A stretch of DNA of 63,981 bases, filler included, from Halocafeteria seosinensis (lineage: Eukaryota): assembly GCA_001687465.1 (NCBI GenBank). It is 6 parts of 6 records of this genome, joined end to end, with 100 filler letters (N's around TTAATTAATTAA, not from the genome) between each part and the next. Parts side by side here need not be neighbours in the genome. Positions count along the whole stretch, not along the records: positions 1 to 28,735 come from LVLI01000105.1; positions 28,836 to 40,171 come from LVLI01000106.1; 4 more parts are not named here. One strand, written 5' to 3'. The number at the start of each line of letters is the position of its first letter. Position 1 is the first letter of the stretch. This document shows, piece after piece, positions 25,969-38,293 of this stretch. The notes beneath the pieces were generated by a model that worked only from the letters and a program-made list of their open reading frames with translations, ran no database searches and had not been told where the DNA came from. A program made the translations under genes and the position numbers.

Positions 25969-28121
25969 ATGATGTACTGGTTGGATGTTAAAGCAGCCTT
26001 GGCCAAATTTGAAAACAAGTATTTCGCTTGCCCCTTCCTTATCCAATTCTTTGATCTCCATTTTAGAACAGATATACAGCTGTGCCTATGGCATTTGATA
26101 GATAACTGGCGGAAGAGACTTAGAGTGTTTTTCGGGCGCTCAGTCAAAAATAGACTTAAGGGGGGAGTGTTCTCCTACGGACTACGCTCAGTTTCAGGGT
26201 AGACTACTTGCCATATTTTCCGTCGACTGTCTTGACCAATTCAAAGCACACGTCAAGGAGCTACGGGTAGAGTTGGCAGCAAATAGGGTAGATGAGGAGG
26301 TAATGGCTTACCTTGATCGCAATTACATATTGTACTTCACGGACGATTAAATCGGTAGGACTGTTCAGTATCGGGCGCATACCGCTCCTCGTTAAGAGGA
26401 TGCGGTCAACTTCCTGGCCGCTGGGCTATCTGTCACATATGTGTGTGTGTAGTTGTTATTGTTCATGACCGATAACCGCTCTATCTCCGCCGCAGTGACA
26501 TGGGTGGCATGCACCTGCATAACGGAAGAAGGTCACATCAGAACGGCAAATTACCTAGAACGGTAAGGCATTGCGTTGGCATCGACTTACGTCTTATGCT
26601 GCTCTCCGACTGGAGTGTCCTCGTTCAGGTTCAACCGCCCAACGAAACCTGATAAATTAACTCTCAAGAGCGCAAAGAATCTTGGCGAAGTGGTGTATGC
26701 GTTGAACGGACATCCAAGCATCGAGTCATCTCCCTGTACTAAACTGACGGCGATCGCATTCAACAGAACGGAAGAACGTGAGTTGTAGGCCCAGCCAAGC
26801 TAATCGTCTCCTCCAAAATATCACCCGCCCGTGTTCTGCTTCTACAGGACACCTGCGCCCAATGACCACACAGGCAGTGTATCGTGTAGACAATGCAAGA
26901 CTCATGTATGAGTCCATACTATGGAGGAAGCCTTTCCAGGTATCCATGGAGAACGGAGCTGTCGCCAACTATGGACCCTGGATCAAGTACAGACAGGAAG
27001 ACGAGAGTTGCTACATCGCTAAAGAGTCACTATTCTGTAGGGACTATTTGAAGCCGTTTGCAGATTCGGAATATTATCAAGTGAAAATCTCAAGAGGAAC
27101 TTGTACATGCCCTGTAAGTGGACTTGCTGCCGTTCGACAGTGTGAACTTCAACTACGGTAGTTCCTTGGGCCATCTATCGGCAGGATTTTTACAGGTGCA
27201 AGCACGTGTATTTAGGTCATATGATGACACATCATGGAATACTTAGTGAATTCATTGGGCAGAATGAGTTGGAATATGTCTCTCATGGACACGACATCGC
27301 AGAGCTCAGAGAAATTCTGTCTTCATGCAGTGAGCCAGAGGGCAAGACCACCGGGAATCAATCGCACAAAGGCCAGTCGAATTTCCACGCAGGGAGCAAT
27401 TCGCCTTCAGCGGCATTGCGAGGAGAGGCGAGAAATCAAAGGATTGACATCTGAAGAATGGCTGGATACATTGGCCCCCCTCACAGATCCAAAAGGAATT
27501 CTTCTGTCAGAAGAGCCACGCCTCGAAGAGGCACATTGCCGAAAGTTGTTGGAACTAAGCAACGCCGAGGACAATGCTATGTACGACAAGCTTACGGCTG
27601 CTCAAGTGGTTAGTATTCTCAAAGCATCTCCAGTAACCCGGGCCTTTATGGTAGACATGCTACACAACATTTTCACCAATGAACGCTGCAAGAGCTTCGT
27701 TCATCTATTCACAGACACGGTTCATCCAACACTTACGGACTTACTGGACAATGCAGGCAGAGATGTGATAACTTCTCATTTCAGTGTCGTGATGCCAATA
27801 TCCTACCAGAATGGTCCCATCAACCACTGGGCTGCCCATATTGCCCAATTCCGCACGTCTCATACAGTTAAAATCCTCAGCGTTAACATCCACGGCGAAC
27901 CGATGGAACGAGAATTAGGTACGCTCAAAGCCTGGTTCCATCGATTCAATGATCAAATCGAATTCGACGTCTCAGTCGTCCAATTTGCGGATACTTCGAC
28001 GACGAGCGATTCTTCGATTTTAGTCTTTGCGACTATTCGATTTATATTTCAGCGAGTTCCATTGTGTTATAGTGAAAGTGACTTCTTATTTGAGCGCTAT
28101 CGTCGCGTCTTCGAACCCTAA
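25969..28121 (+). pseudogene. Degraded MULE (Mutator-like) transposase region with SWIM finger and Ulp1/C48-protease-like C-terminal domain
   Basis: QLCLWHLIDNW (MULE CxxH motif). Spliced SWIM CTCP|DFYRCKHV (intron ~27114-27185). VVMPISYQNGPINHW and DSSILVF resemble Ulp1 motifs, with the catalytic Cys apparently absent. Confidence 0.6.
26372..26450 (+). mobile_element. 5'-truncated (TG)n-tailed retroposon copy (family B)
   Basis: GGGCGCATACCGCTCCTCGTTAAGAGGATGCGGTCAAC...GGGCTATCTGTCACATATGTGTGTGT, shared with five other copies. Confidence 0.75.
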
Positions 28122-28375
28122 CCTCCTCCTCTTTCCCACTCTCTCCTTCCTACTTTTTCTCTCATACACTGTGTATGCACGCCATGATGCCTCTTTCTAC
28201 CCCCCTTTCTCGTGCTTCATGCGTTTCTTGATGGCGTTTTGCCTCCTATCCGCTTGCCCTCAAGGCCAGTCTGAGCGACGGACCAAGAATACTACATTTC
28301 GATACCCTCATGGCCATGTATGCCCCAATTACATTACAAATACGGCTGTATTCTGGCAATATCGAGAAAGTAGAA

Positions 28376-28587
28376 AAGTCACCTTTCCGCTCTCAGATGG
28401 CCAGGGTGAATTTGGAATTCACCAGCCGAAATGCGGAATCCGGAAGGAGCCAGGGTGAATTTTCACCCTGAAAGTCACCCCAAAAAGTCAACTTTCCTTA
28501 ATAAGCCACCAGATTTGGTCGTTAGGTAGGGTAAAATTCACCTTTTTCAACCTCAACTTTTTCAACTTCCGTTAATAAGACACACCC
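28376..28587. mobile_element. Putative transposon terminus with repeated GGTGAA/TTCACC motifs
   Basis: Palindrome CAGGGTGAATTTTCACCCTG at 28451-28470 and repeated TAATAAG. It ends in CACACCC directly at the 5S fragment. No partner TIR was found. Confidence 0.4.
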
Positions 28588-28647
28588 TTAGGCCTGGTCA
28601 GTACTGAGGTGGGGGACCACTCGGGAAGCCCAGGTGCTGCTGACTTC
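28585..28647 (+). rRNA. 5S rRNA: 3' half of a 5S rRNA gene followed by a poly-T Pol III terminator; 5' half missing
   Basis: GGCCTGGTCAGTACTGAGGTGGGGGACCACTCGGGAAGCCCAGGTGCTGCTGACTT aligns with the eukaryotic 5S 3' half and is followed by T-runs. Confidence 0.85.
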
Positions 28648-28735
28648 TTTGTTTTTTCTTTTTTTTTTCTTTCAAGAAACTTGTTGCTTTCATAGTCCTC
28701 TACTGGGAAGCAAGATGCTTGTAATGGCGGGCTAG

Positions 28736-28835
28736 NNNNNNNNNNNNNNNNNNNNNNNNNNNNNNNNNNNNNNNNNNNNTTAATTAATTAANNNNNNNNN
28801 NNNNNNNNNNNNNNNNNNNNNNNNNNNNNNNNNNN
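28736..28835. other. Artificial contig linker (N-TTAATTAATTAA-N); others at 40172-40271, 48570-48669, 56316-56415 and 62834-62933
   Basis: Identical 100-nt N-flanked spacer with stops in all six frames, occurring five times. Confidence 0.97.
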
Positions 28836-29423
28836 TGAAACTCCGTCCGCATCAGTGACGAGCACAGAGACTCCATCATCGTCCGTTACCTCGACGAAAA
28901 GCGCTAGTTCGTCGGCCACACCATCTGAGAGTCCTAGCTCCACGGCCAGTCCTACAGAGCGCGGAACAGCGTCGGGGACCCCTACAACGAGTGCTACCTC
29001 CTCCATAACATCGACCAGTACTAAAGCCGACACCCGTTTGACCGGTGACGCCTCGTTCACCGTTCTCCCCAGAGGACGCCGCGGTAGCCTTTGATGATTT
29101 ATATATACTGCAAATACTGTGTATATCCTGTTCGGAGAATCCAATTTCATTCCAATACGCTACAATCGCGCCATGAGGATCTCCTAGCTCTTCGGCAAGT
29201 TCACCTCCTGGCTTTGCAATAATGAATTGGACAAGTGGCCCTTCGTTGTCTTCATATTTAGCGTCATCAATATTGCAGAAATTCCAGAAGGAAATGCATA
29301 GGGTCTTCATATTCCTGAGAAGACAGAAACTCCAGTGACCCTTGGACCATGTCACTTAGGTCAGGAGCGCGACGAAATTGATCTTCTAAGCTTGCTTGTT
29401 TCTCGTTGATTAAAGTTTTGGGA
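28836..29423 (-). repeat. Inverted duplicate of ~31092-31681, followed by a ~130-bp tandem repeat out to ~29620
   Basis: ORFs 28876..29355(-) and 30985..31416(+) translate nearly identically; the ESRRKSLSSQGEDLGEKDP unit occurs twice. Confidence 0.9.
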
Positions 29424-30773
29424 ATCCAAATTGGGATCCTTTTCTCCCAAATCCTCTCCCTGAGAGCTCAGTGATTTTCGCCGGCTTTCACCGTGGCCGT
29501 CACTTAGGTCAGGAGCGCGGCGAAGTTGATCTTCTAGGCTTGCTTGTTTCTCGTTGATTAAAGTTTTGGGATCCTTTTCCCCCAAATCCTCTCCCTGAGA
29601 GCTCAGTGATTTTCGACGGCTTTCACAGTGGGCGTCACCATCCATCGAGCCCCTGGGGACATACCGCAAAGCCATTCATCCTGGGTTCCAAAAGATTTTT
29701 CAGTTGTTGAAGCGTCGGGGCAGCTTGTGAGGAAAAGCGTTCAAGCTAGGTAATATAGCCCAGTATTATGAGTCTTTCTCATGGATGAGATCTCAAACTC
29801 AATGCTCGTCCGAGAACAGTAATATGGCTGCGGTTGTACACAAAGTTGCTGGCTCCGCAAGAACACCTCCGCCGCCAGCTTCCGGGTTTATGGAATTCCC
29901 CTGCTCCTCCAGTGTGTTTCTATGCACACAAAGACACACTCTCAGTGGTTTGCTTTCTATGTAGAAGCAGCTTTTGCACGTCGGCTAGTGTATAACAATC
30001 AAATCAGGTAGTGTACAGGCTGGTGTCACCGCGGACTCTGTCGCGGACAAATGCTCGTTCCGCTCCGTCCCATCCCGCCGGATGATCCCGGAGGATGATC
30101 GCGACCACCACCGAGCCAATGGATACTAGTAGTATTGGATACCCTATGATGCAGAAATAAGCCCGCATTTTCGTCCAGACCATGCGCTCACGCGCGACAA
30201 GTTGAGGGAGCTACTGCCCTTGGTGTATGATGCGCTAGCAGAGTATTTACTGTACAAGTAGTGGAAGAGAACAAGTGGCCGCACCGTACAATGTACAGGT
30301 CAGTAGTGTAGGCTGCGGTGAGGAATGACATTATCGTTTGAATTCGAAACTGGAAATTTGTTAAAGCTGAACGAGGATGAACTGGTGAGCGATTTTCTGT
30401 GTTCTATCTGGCTTTGTCATCCCCGTTGGATCGATATTGCTACCATACAAGTCTCACGGGGTGATCAACAGCTTGACACCAAGTCCTGTTTGTGAAGTCC
30501 ACCGGTGGGCCACCGCACACAAGACTTCAGACGGTATTTTTCTGAATCGATTGTTCCAGAGCATTCATACTCAAGCGCTCGTTTGGATTACAGAAAGAGT
30601 CTTTATTTTATATTATCCATGGATTAACTCTGCACTAAGGGCAACACAGACGTCACACATTGGGAAAGAAGCCATAAATATCCCAAGATATCGCTTCTCA
30701 GAGGTGCAGTTTCACAAAATAAATTAGGCACGTGGGAGCAAACCAGATCATTCACTGCTCAACGAGTATCTCT

Positions 30774-30829
<56 letters not shown>

Positions 30830-30984
30830 AGGGAGGGACTATATTGGTAGGGAAACAAGCTTGAACGTTTCCCTCACACGGCAGGCAACACCCTGGGAAG
30901 ATCCCGCACTTCAACACCTGCCGTACTCGGAGTACAACTATTCTTGGGGTTCACGGACCAGGTGCAACCTAGCCATCTGCCATC

Positions 30985-32280
30985 ATGAGTGGTTCTGCGT
31001 ATACCCCTCACGACTCCACATGTGGCCATGGTCAGGCAGAAAATCGTTCGACACCGACGAGCCCACAAGGAGAGACCCAGCAGGAAAAAAATCCCAAGAC
31101 TTTAATCAACGAGAAACAAGCAAGCTTAGAAGATCAATTTCGTCGCGCTCCTGACCTAAGTGACATGGTCCAAGGATCACTGGAGTTTCTGTCTTCTCAG
31201 GAATATGAAGACCCTATGCATTTCCTTCTGGAATTTCTGCAGAATATTGATGACGCTAAATATGAAGACAACGAAGGGCCACTTGTCCAATTCATTATTG
31301 CAAAGCCAGGAGGTGAACTTGCCGAAGAGCTAGGAGATCCTCATGGCGCGATTCTAGCGTATTGGAATGAAATTGGATTCTCCGAACAGGATATACACAG
31401 TATTTGCAGTATATAAAAATCATCAAAGGCTACCGCGGCGTCCTCGGGGGAGAACGGTGAACGAGGCGTCACCGGCCAAACGGGTGTCGGCTTTAGTACT
31501 GGTCGATGTTATGGAGGAGGTAGCACTCGTTGTAGGGGTCCCCGACGCTGTTCCGCGCTCTGTAGGACTGGCCGTGGAGCTAGGACTCTCAGATGGTGTG
31601 GCCGACGAACTAGCGCTTTTCGTCGAGGTAACGGACGATGATGGAGTCTCTGTGCTCGTCACTGATGGGGACGGAGTTTCACTCGGTGCCACCGAAGACG
31701 TCGCAGTCTCTGTCGGTGTTGCCGACGGTCTGTCTTTGCCGTCACCAATCGACCTCATATCATGTCAAGAGGATATTCATTCGAATTCTGACTCAGAGAC
31801 GGTGATGGTGAGTTTTATGAACATGGCTATGGAAATGCCGTGATCCCTCACTTGATGGACCCAGAAAAATTGCCAACCTTCCTCATAGCGCACGATCTAA
31901 TGGGAGAGACTGACTTTTACGATGAACGACAAAATAAGCTGAATAGGACACTAATGTATATCCCGCTAAGACGTTCAAACATAGCGAAAGAAGTTGAGCA
32001 TTATTTTCGAGGAGATGGTGAAGTGAAACAGACTATACTGTTTCTGCGGCAGCTTGAGTCAATCGACGTAACAGTCGATGGAGTGTGGGCGCAAGAATAC
32101 CTCGTTTAGAAAGACGTTGGTGAAGGGAAGTTTGGACAGATCCTCTCATGGTGACGACATGCAAGTATCCGTCTCCCATGAAGGTAGTCAGACAAAAATT
32201 GACTGGGTAGTGCTAACCTCGCTGACTCAAGTGCCTCCTGAAGTCGAGGCCCTCCGCGGGAAACCTCTTTGTTGGTAGTA
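30985..32280 (+). pseudogene. Sacsin/NO-VEIN-like GHKL (HSP90-like) ATPase fragment, disrupted by a stop and an antisense Ser/Thr-rich insert
   Basis: HFLLEFLQNIDDAKY, NEIGFSEQDIHSIC, SSK...GQTGVGF, and later TLMYIPLR and TILFLRQLESI; TAA at 31414-31416. Confidence 0.65.
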
Positions 32281-33163
32281 CTTTCAACAGCTCGGCGACG
32301 CTGCAGCAACCAAGAACACAAGCGTCATCTCCCGGGACTGGTGCAGGCCTATTCAGCGTCTCTACCTCGTTGCACCCACCGACAACAACTGGAAAGACTT
32401 CGGTGACGGCCGATGGGGGGAACCGCTCGGTCACCAAACAAGTGGAAGGTTTCGGTCAAAGTGCAATTAATGAAGATGCTGATGGTGAGACCCAGAGTTC
32501 ACGTGCCAGCATTATGTTTGGGAATGACACTCCCCACAACGAGGAGTCGTTGAATTACAGTTTGCAGTCAGGGCAACAGGGCGTGCCTTCCCCATCGGAA
32601 CCGCAATTCTTTGGAGCGTCCAGTAACTCGGGTGATACAGGAGAGGTCAATGTCTTTGCTGGCTCCGTGCAAGGCGATAGCACTTCTGACAACGGAGATA
32701 GTGGTGGTGCACTGGATTGAGGAGTGTGCTGAAGGCATCTTCTCTTATCTTTCGTAGCAGGTAGACGTACCCATCAATGAGTACAGCAGAGGAATGTTGA
32801 CGTGCGCTTCGTGTAATCCAGCTGCCACGATCTATGGTCGTAGTTTCTTTCTGTGGTTTGCCTCGGTAGTGAATGATCTCGTTGTTCCGAGGTGCTTAAT
32901 TTGCTTGAAGCTGCGCCTCCGGCAACAACTGAGAAGCGATTCTTAGAATTTCTGGCTTGTTTCCGATTGAGTGATGACTATATTCACCTAATGCAGGGAC
33001 AATCAGTTAATGATGTGAAATATCGGATAATCTTTATGAAACAATCAACTCAACTGGTTTGAACTAACTTCGGGCTGCAGTTTGGGGCCCATTGAACTTC
33101 TGGTAGAATAGAGTGATGAGTCACTGTAAGAGTGTCGTGGTGCCTGAAAGGAATCATCTGCTT

Positions 33164-33276
33164 AAGGCTGCAGGAACAGCGGGCCCGTCGCTGCTTAACA
33201 CGGGCGCATACCGCTCCTCGTTAAGAGGATGCGGTCAACTCCCCGCTATGGGCTATCTGTCACATATGTGTGTGTG
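33164..33276 (+). mobile_element. Family B retroposon copy, possible TSD TGCTTA
   Basis: Same core and (TG)n tail; TGCTTA at 33159-33164 and 33275-33280. Confidence 0.75.
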
Positions 33277-33879
33277 CTTATGTCCCAAGTGACGACTGTA
33301 GTCTATGAGCTGTAGAGAGTGCAAAATACGCACATAATGATCATCATGAAGGTCGTCAGATTCCTCGGGGGCCTTTGGTCATCTCTTGGGGGGACGACGA
33401 AACTCCCATACGCTTCTCCTTATCGTTCCTGTATACTCTTGCCTTACTCCTTTCGGTGTCAGCTTACACTCACAGCGTGCCTTGCTGCTAAGTCCGCTCC
33501 CCAGCAGGAGTGCTCACATGCTCGACATGGAGGGATATGAAGGGATGCATCCCTCATGCTGCAAAAGTCAATGCGATCTCTCATTGTCTTCTTTCAGGAA
33601 AGGAGCTCTTTCAAGCTGTTTGGTGACGTCCCTAAGCCGAAAGAGCCGGTAGAAATGAGTCATTATTACCCACGGACGAGTGCAAATGATATAACACCAA
33701 ACTTTCCCTCCTCAATGGTCATGTATAACCCTAAAACACCTATCTCCTAGAAAAGAACCTCTTCCAGCATTGCAAAGCATACAGAGATCAGTTCTTCGTC
33801 AATGGTCAACGCTTCATCTCTCGCGATTGTTTTGGCACAAGAAGCGTCATGCGTGCGAACTATGTGCAGCACAGTCCGA

Positions 33880-34140
33880 ATGCTGTGTGTTGATGGCTTT
33901 CTGAGACGTTCATATCTCTAAACTGTATGCCTGTGGCGCAAACGACGACGGCTACCAACAGACACACACACAACAGAAGCAAAGTGCCGGTGCACCGCCT
34001 GGGATTGACTTTGCAATGCATCTATGGTTTGTGTTTTGCCACCCGGAAGTATAGCGTCACCACGGGAGATGATCAAGGCGTCCACACGCCCCATATTGTG
34101 ACCAAAAGTAGGGTCATTGTCCCGTGTGTATGGGGATGGC
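33880..34140 (+). repeat. Diverged dispersed repeat; second copy at ~40963-41205
   Basis: TGTGTGTTGA..TTTCTGAGA.GTTCATATCTC...GCAAAG..GTGCACC.CCTGG..CCCATATTG is shared. Confidence 0.65.
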
Positions 34141-34673
34141 CGGAACCCTTTCTCTGCCCCCACTACAGCGTCACGCGTGACGCGTCCCTACACTGGTTTT
34201 TGGGTCTCTCCCTGTCAGATACAGAAATATGGTGAATAACCCTTGCAACATGGTTCTATTGGAAATCAATGTATATATGTCACCTGATTTCCCCTGCGTG
34301 ATGACACCCTGCTTATATACACGTAAGCGTCGATAGTGTTCTCAGGGGTCGGGAAGGCAAGGCGCGTCCTCAGTGGACTCCTCACTACGCTCCGCTCCAA
34401 TGGAGGAATGCAACTTGCATTATGCAAGCACTTTGGGATATGCATGGGCAACCATGCTGCCGTATTCTATGCTCTCAAAACTATAGCGACTTACTGCAGC
34501 GTTGTTGCTCTACCAGACGTTTGTAGAGGCTATAGCTCGGACGTTCTCGAAATCTTTGAGGAGAGCTTCGAGCCCCTCGGGCCCCTCCGGATGGTAACCG
34601 TTAACAGAAATGGAAGATTTCCTCGAATTGTCAATTTGGCGAGCAAATTATATGCAATTAACTATCAAAAACC

Positions 34674-36641
34674 ATGTCAGAGTATCTCTCGGCTTTCAAG
34701 CTGCCGGAAATCCCTTTGGATGAAATCAAGGATGTCTATGAGGAGGTCTTCGAATGCTTCTCCAAAGAATATGTAAGCGGGTCTACTTCGAAAATCCCAA
34801 AAAAGGTTTGAAGGGTGGGATGGAGGGAATATGGGAAACGGGAGAAGACGGCTGTTCTTCTAAGATTCCTCTGGCCCCTACAATATGTAATCGTGTTTGG
34901 AATCGTTGGATTCCGCCGCTGCTTTAGAGTTCATTAAGAGGAATGCGCCAGGGGGTAATGCGCTTAGCTAATGCCAATCGCCAACTTCTTTTCATCTCAT
35001 GTTTGTCATGTCGAAATGTGGTGACGTCTCCAGACGGTTTTCATTGGTGTACCTTTGGTTCAGGTCAAACAATTCGCGGTGGCTATGATTGAGCACCTCA
35101 AGCAGAAGCGATTTGGCACAATCGACAACTTCAAAGCGAAGCTTAAACTTCCTATGAGTCAAACTCCGCCGTCTGAACCTATCGAAAAGGGATGGTTGAA
35201 GAAGCTCGGAGGAAAGCGGAAGAACGTATGGCAAAACCGCTATTTCATTGCGTCTAACGCAGCTCACGGCTATCAGCTCTATTATTACAAGAAAGAAACG
35301 GAGACGATCTCCGCGGACACAGCTCAAAAAGTTAGAAGCTTGTATGGCTATCACGTGTCCCGATGCCTATCAGAAAATGCTAAGAAAGCTAACGGAGAGC
35401 ATTCTGTAGAATTGATTCCGAAAAAGTATCCCCATCGCAAGAAAGTAATCCGGCTTGCAGCTCCAGATGCGGCAACAATGGATTCCTGGCAGTATGCCCT
35501 TAACCGTATCTCTGCTCGCGCAGCTCCTCCGATGAATCCTGACCCCTTGCTGAGACAGGCATTCCAGGCAGCCTTCAGTAAAGTCGTTAGAGAGTTGGAG
35601 CCCCAGTTTGAAGTTGAGTTCTATTTGAGCGAGGACGAACTCCTGGGAGAGTTTCTCGCCTACCGCATTGAGAATGGGCCTATGGAAACATTTTACGAGG
35701 AACTATCTGGTAAATTTGCTGAGAAGAAACGGACCGTGGCGAAGCGCATAATGCAACAGAAAGTTGAATTTCTAGTCCGTGGAGGATGGGCAGCGGCTCA
35801 AGAATCACTGAAGGCGATGCGTGACAGTGTCGAAAAGAAGGCAGAGGAATATGTCGGCACAGTACTGGACAAACAAAAAGAGATCGAGGATGAAATCAAA
35901 GATACTATCGAGGAGAAAGCCATCCCGAAGATTGAACAATCTCTGAGAGAAAAATTGATGCCTTTGGTAGATTCTATGGGGTACCAGTTGACTCTCGCAT
36001 TCAACTCGCTCCTCGCAAAGTTGGATAAAGCGTTGAGCTCCACACTTGAAGAATATCGCCGTTATCCAAATAAGCGGACAAGCCCTGCTAAGGAGCAGTC
36101 CAAGTTCCAAACCAAAGTCAACTATTTTGATCGTTTCCTGGGATCCACCAGTCGCACTCTTGGACAAATCGGTCTTGATGAACTAAGTCAACAAGTACTT
36201 GAGGAAACGGAAGGAGCAGTTACCAATGACACAATCGAGGCACAGATCCGGAACATGTTTTGGGATGCCATCGACGGGTTCTGTGACTATATTTATCTGC
36301 ATACTGACGAAGTAGCTGACCAAGACACTGGAAAGGATAAGCAAATTGAGCTCTTCGACTTGATGCTGGAAGACTTCCACCTATTCGCCACCAGGGAAAT
36401 GATAGCTATCATAATAAAAATTGTCAATTTCATGCACAAACAAAAGCTTATGTTATCTATTAGGGACAACCTCGAGTCTGTTGACGAATATGTGCCGGGT
36501 GAATTGGAACAGTTGCTGGATGTCGAGGGCATGGCTGAACGTATTCTAGACGACACGATTTGGAAAACGGTAAGCGGTTTTGTGGAACCAGTCGCCGAAG
36601 AAAAACTGCAAAGACTTTATTATCCTCCTCCAACCTATTAG
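34674..36641 (+). CDS. PH-domain protein, Niban/FAM129-like, 2 exons (34674-34772, 35064-36641)
   Basis: PH motif EKGWLKKLGGKRKNVWQNRYF...DSWQYAL followed by a long helical region. A phase-0 GTAAGC...TTCAG intron gives FSKEY-VKQFAVAM, resembling the Niban N-terminus. Confidence 0.7.
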
Positions 36642-38224
36642 GCAAGAATTCGCTCCTCCCCTGGCGCATCCGAGCAATTGCTCAACTCTTGAAAGGGGTG
36701 TTGTGGAAGCAGTATTGTGGACTCCAGCGTATAACGAAATATGACATTAACGCGTATCCTTTCCCGTATATATATTTCATCTGGTCTGTATCAATACACT
36801 AATCACAATACACGCGTTACAACATCATAGCAGCCTGCGCTACCATGCACACTGTGTGGTTTGATTAAAACGCACGGTCGTTGTCTCCCAACCTCCGACC
36901 ATAAACTCACGTTAGAGAGACGACCACAGAAGTACTCAAGCGCCAGCATTTTGAGACAAGAGGAACAGTCGTCTTGGTTTCGGTTGAAGTAGAAGTTCCT
37001 GTGACATTTGTATTTGGGACAGGTTCTACAATAGGTGATCACACTCAATGATGTTGGCTACTATACTCACGCGCCAGCATTTTGAGACAAGAGTCGCCTT
37101 GGGTTCGGTTGAGGTGAAAGTTCCTGCGAAATTTGTATTTGGGACATGTTAGATCACACTCAAAGCCGCCACTGTCACTGTGGGTTGTTTATTGTGCTGA
37201 CGAAAGCATTTCATATATGGTAATTTGATCACTAAGGATAAGTCTCTTTTCTAATCACCCCTCTTTCTTGCCCTGTATTACGGAGACGGACGGGATATTG
37301 CGTGGAGAGATAATTGTTGCGACGTACGCATCAGCCCCTGGTTCAACTTTGAAATTATCTCAGGTGATCGAAAAATTGAGCTTGTAGGACCCTCGCAACT
37401 ATTCAATACTTTCCAGACAAAGATTCGCGAGAGTTTCTGATTGTTGCCTGTACGGGGCTGGAGGAAGTGTCAGCTTCCGCAAAAATTCATCACAGACTTG
37501 ATGATATTTCAGTCTTAATTCGTTGTTTCCCAGCACACTGTATACTTTGGTCAAAGCGACCCAGTCAAAACCGAAGAAGTACAGTACAAGTGTAGTGCTG
37601 TCCTACGACGGATCCTCAGAAGAAAGTTGCTCAGCGAACAACCTAGTCAACCTGGGATGTAACGGCGTATATTCCAAGCATAAGTAATTTGGCTCCTTGT
37701 TCTCTTTGATAACCGAAATATGAAGTCAGGAATCGTATGCAGTCCGAAGTAATCATGCATGGAGCTCAATTTCCTGTAAATGCATTGACCATCCATATAA
37801 ATGTTATCGAGTGGTACAACGGCTGTGTATGTGCAACGAATGCTGAGTGCTGCTGGATCGACACGTTAGTGTACTCGACTATAGGTACTTCTGCAGCACG
37901 GACAATTTTATCCGACTCTATTTTTCGCAAGGCTGTTTCTACCCTCGGCAGTCGTCGTCGTCGTCGTCGTCGACGTCGATGTCGGTGAAATGCCCGAAGA
38001 ACAACGCGGCTCGGGGGCACTGGATGTTGTAGCACATTGCGCGTGTGTCTGTAGCTTTCCAGTGGCAGGCGACTTGCCTGGGAGTACGTGGAATTGCTGT
38101 TTCGGTATGCAAATTGTATACGTTTATGTTGATATACGGAGGCTTTTACAGTGTACATTGCCAACAATCTACTGCATCTTACGTTGTTGAAGGGTATCTG
38201 CCTCATTTCAGGGAATACCAGAGC

Positions 38225-38293
38225 CGGAGGATGCGGTCAACTTCCCGGCCGGTGGGCTACATGTATTTGTCACATTTGTGTGTGTGTGTGTGT
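38225..38293 (+). mobile_element. Family B retroposon copy, TSD CCAGAGC
   Basis: CCAGAGC at 38218-38224 and 38294-38300 flanks the core plus (TG)n. Confidence 0.75.

Noticed and set aside
28585..28647. 5S-derived SINE3
   Set aside because: SINE3 elements keep the 5' part of 5S followed by a body; here the 3' half and its terminator remain
28736..28835. TTAATTAATTAA palindromes flanked by Ns (five times)
   Set aside because: Artificial linkers, not biological; synteny across them was not interpreted
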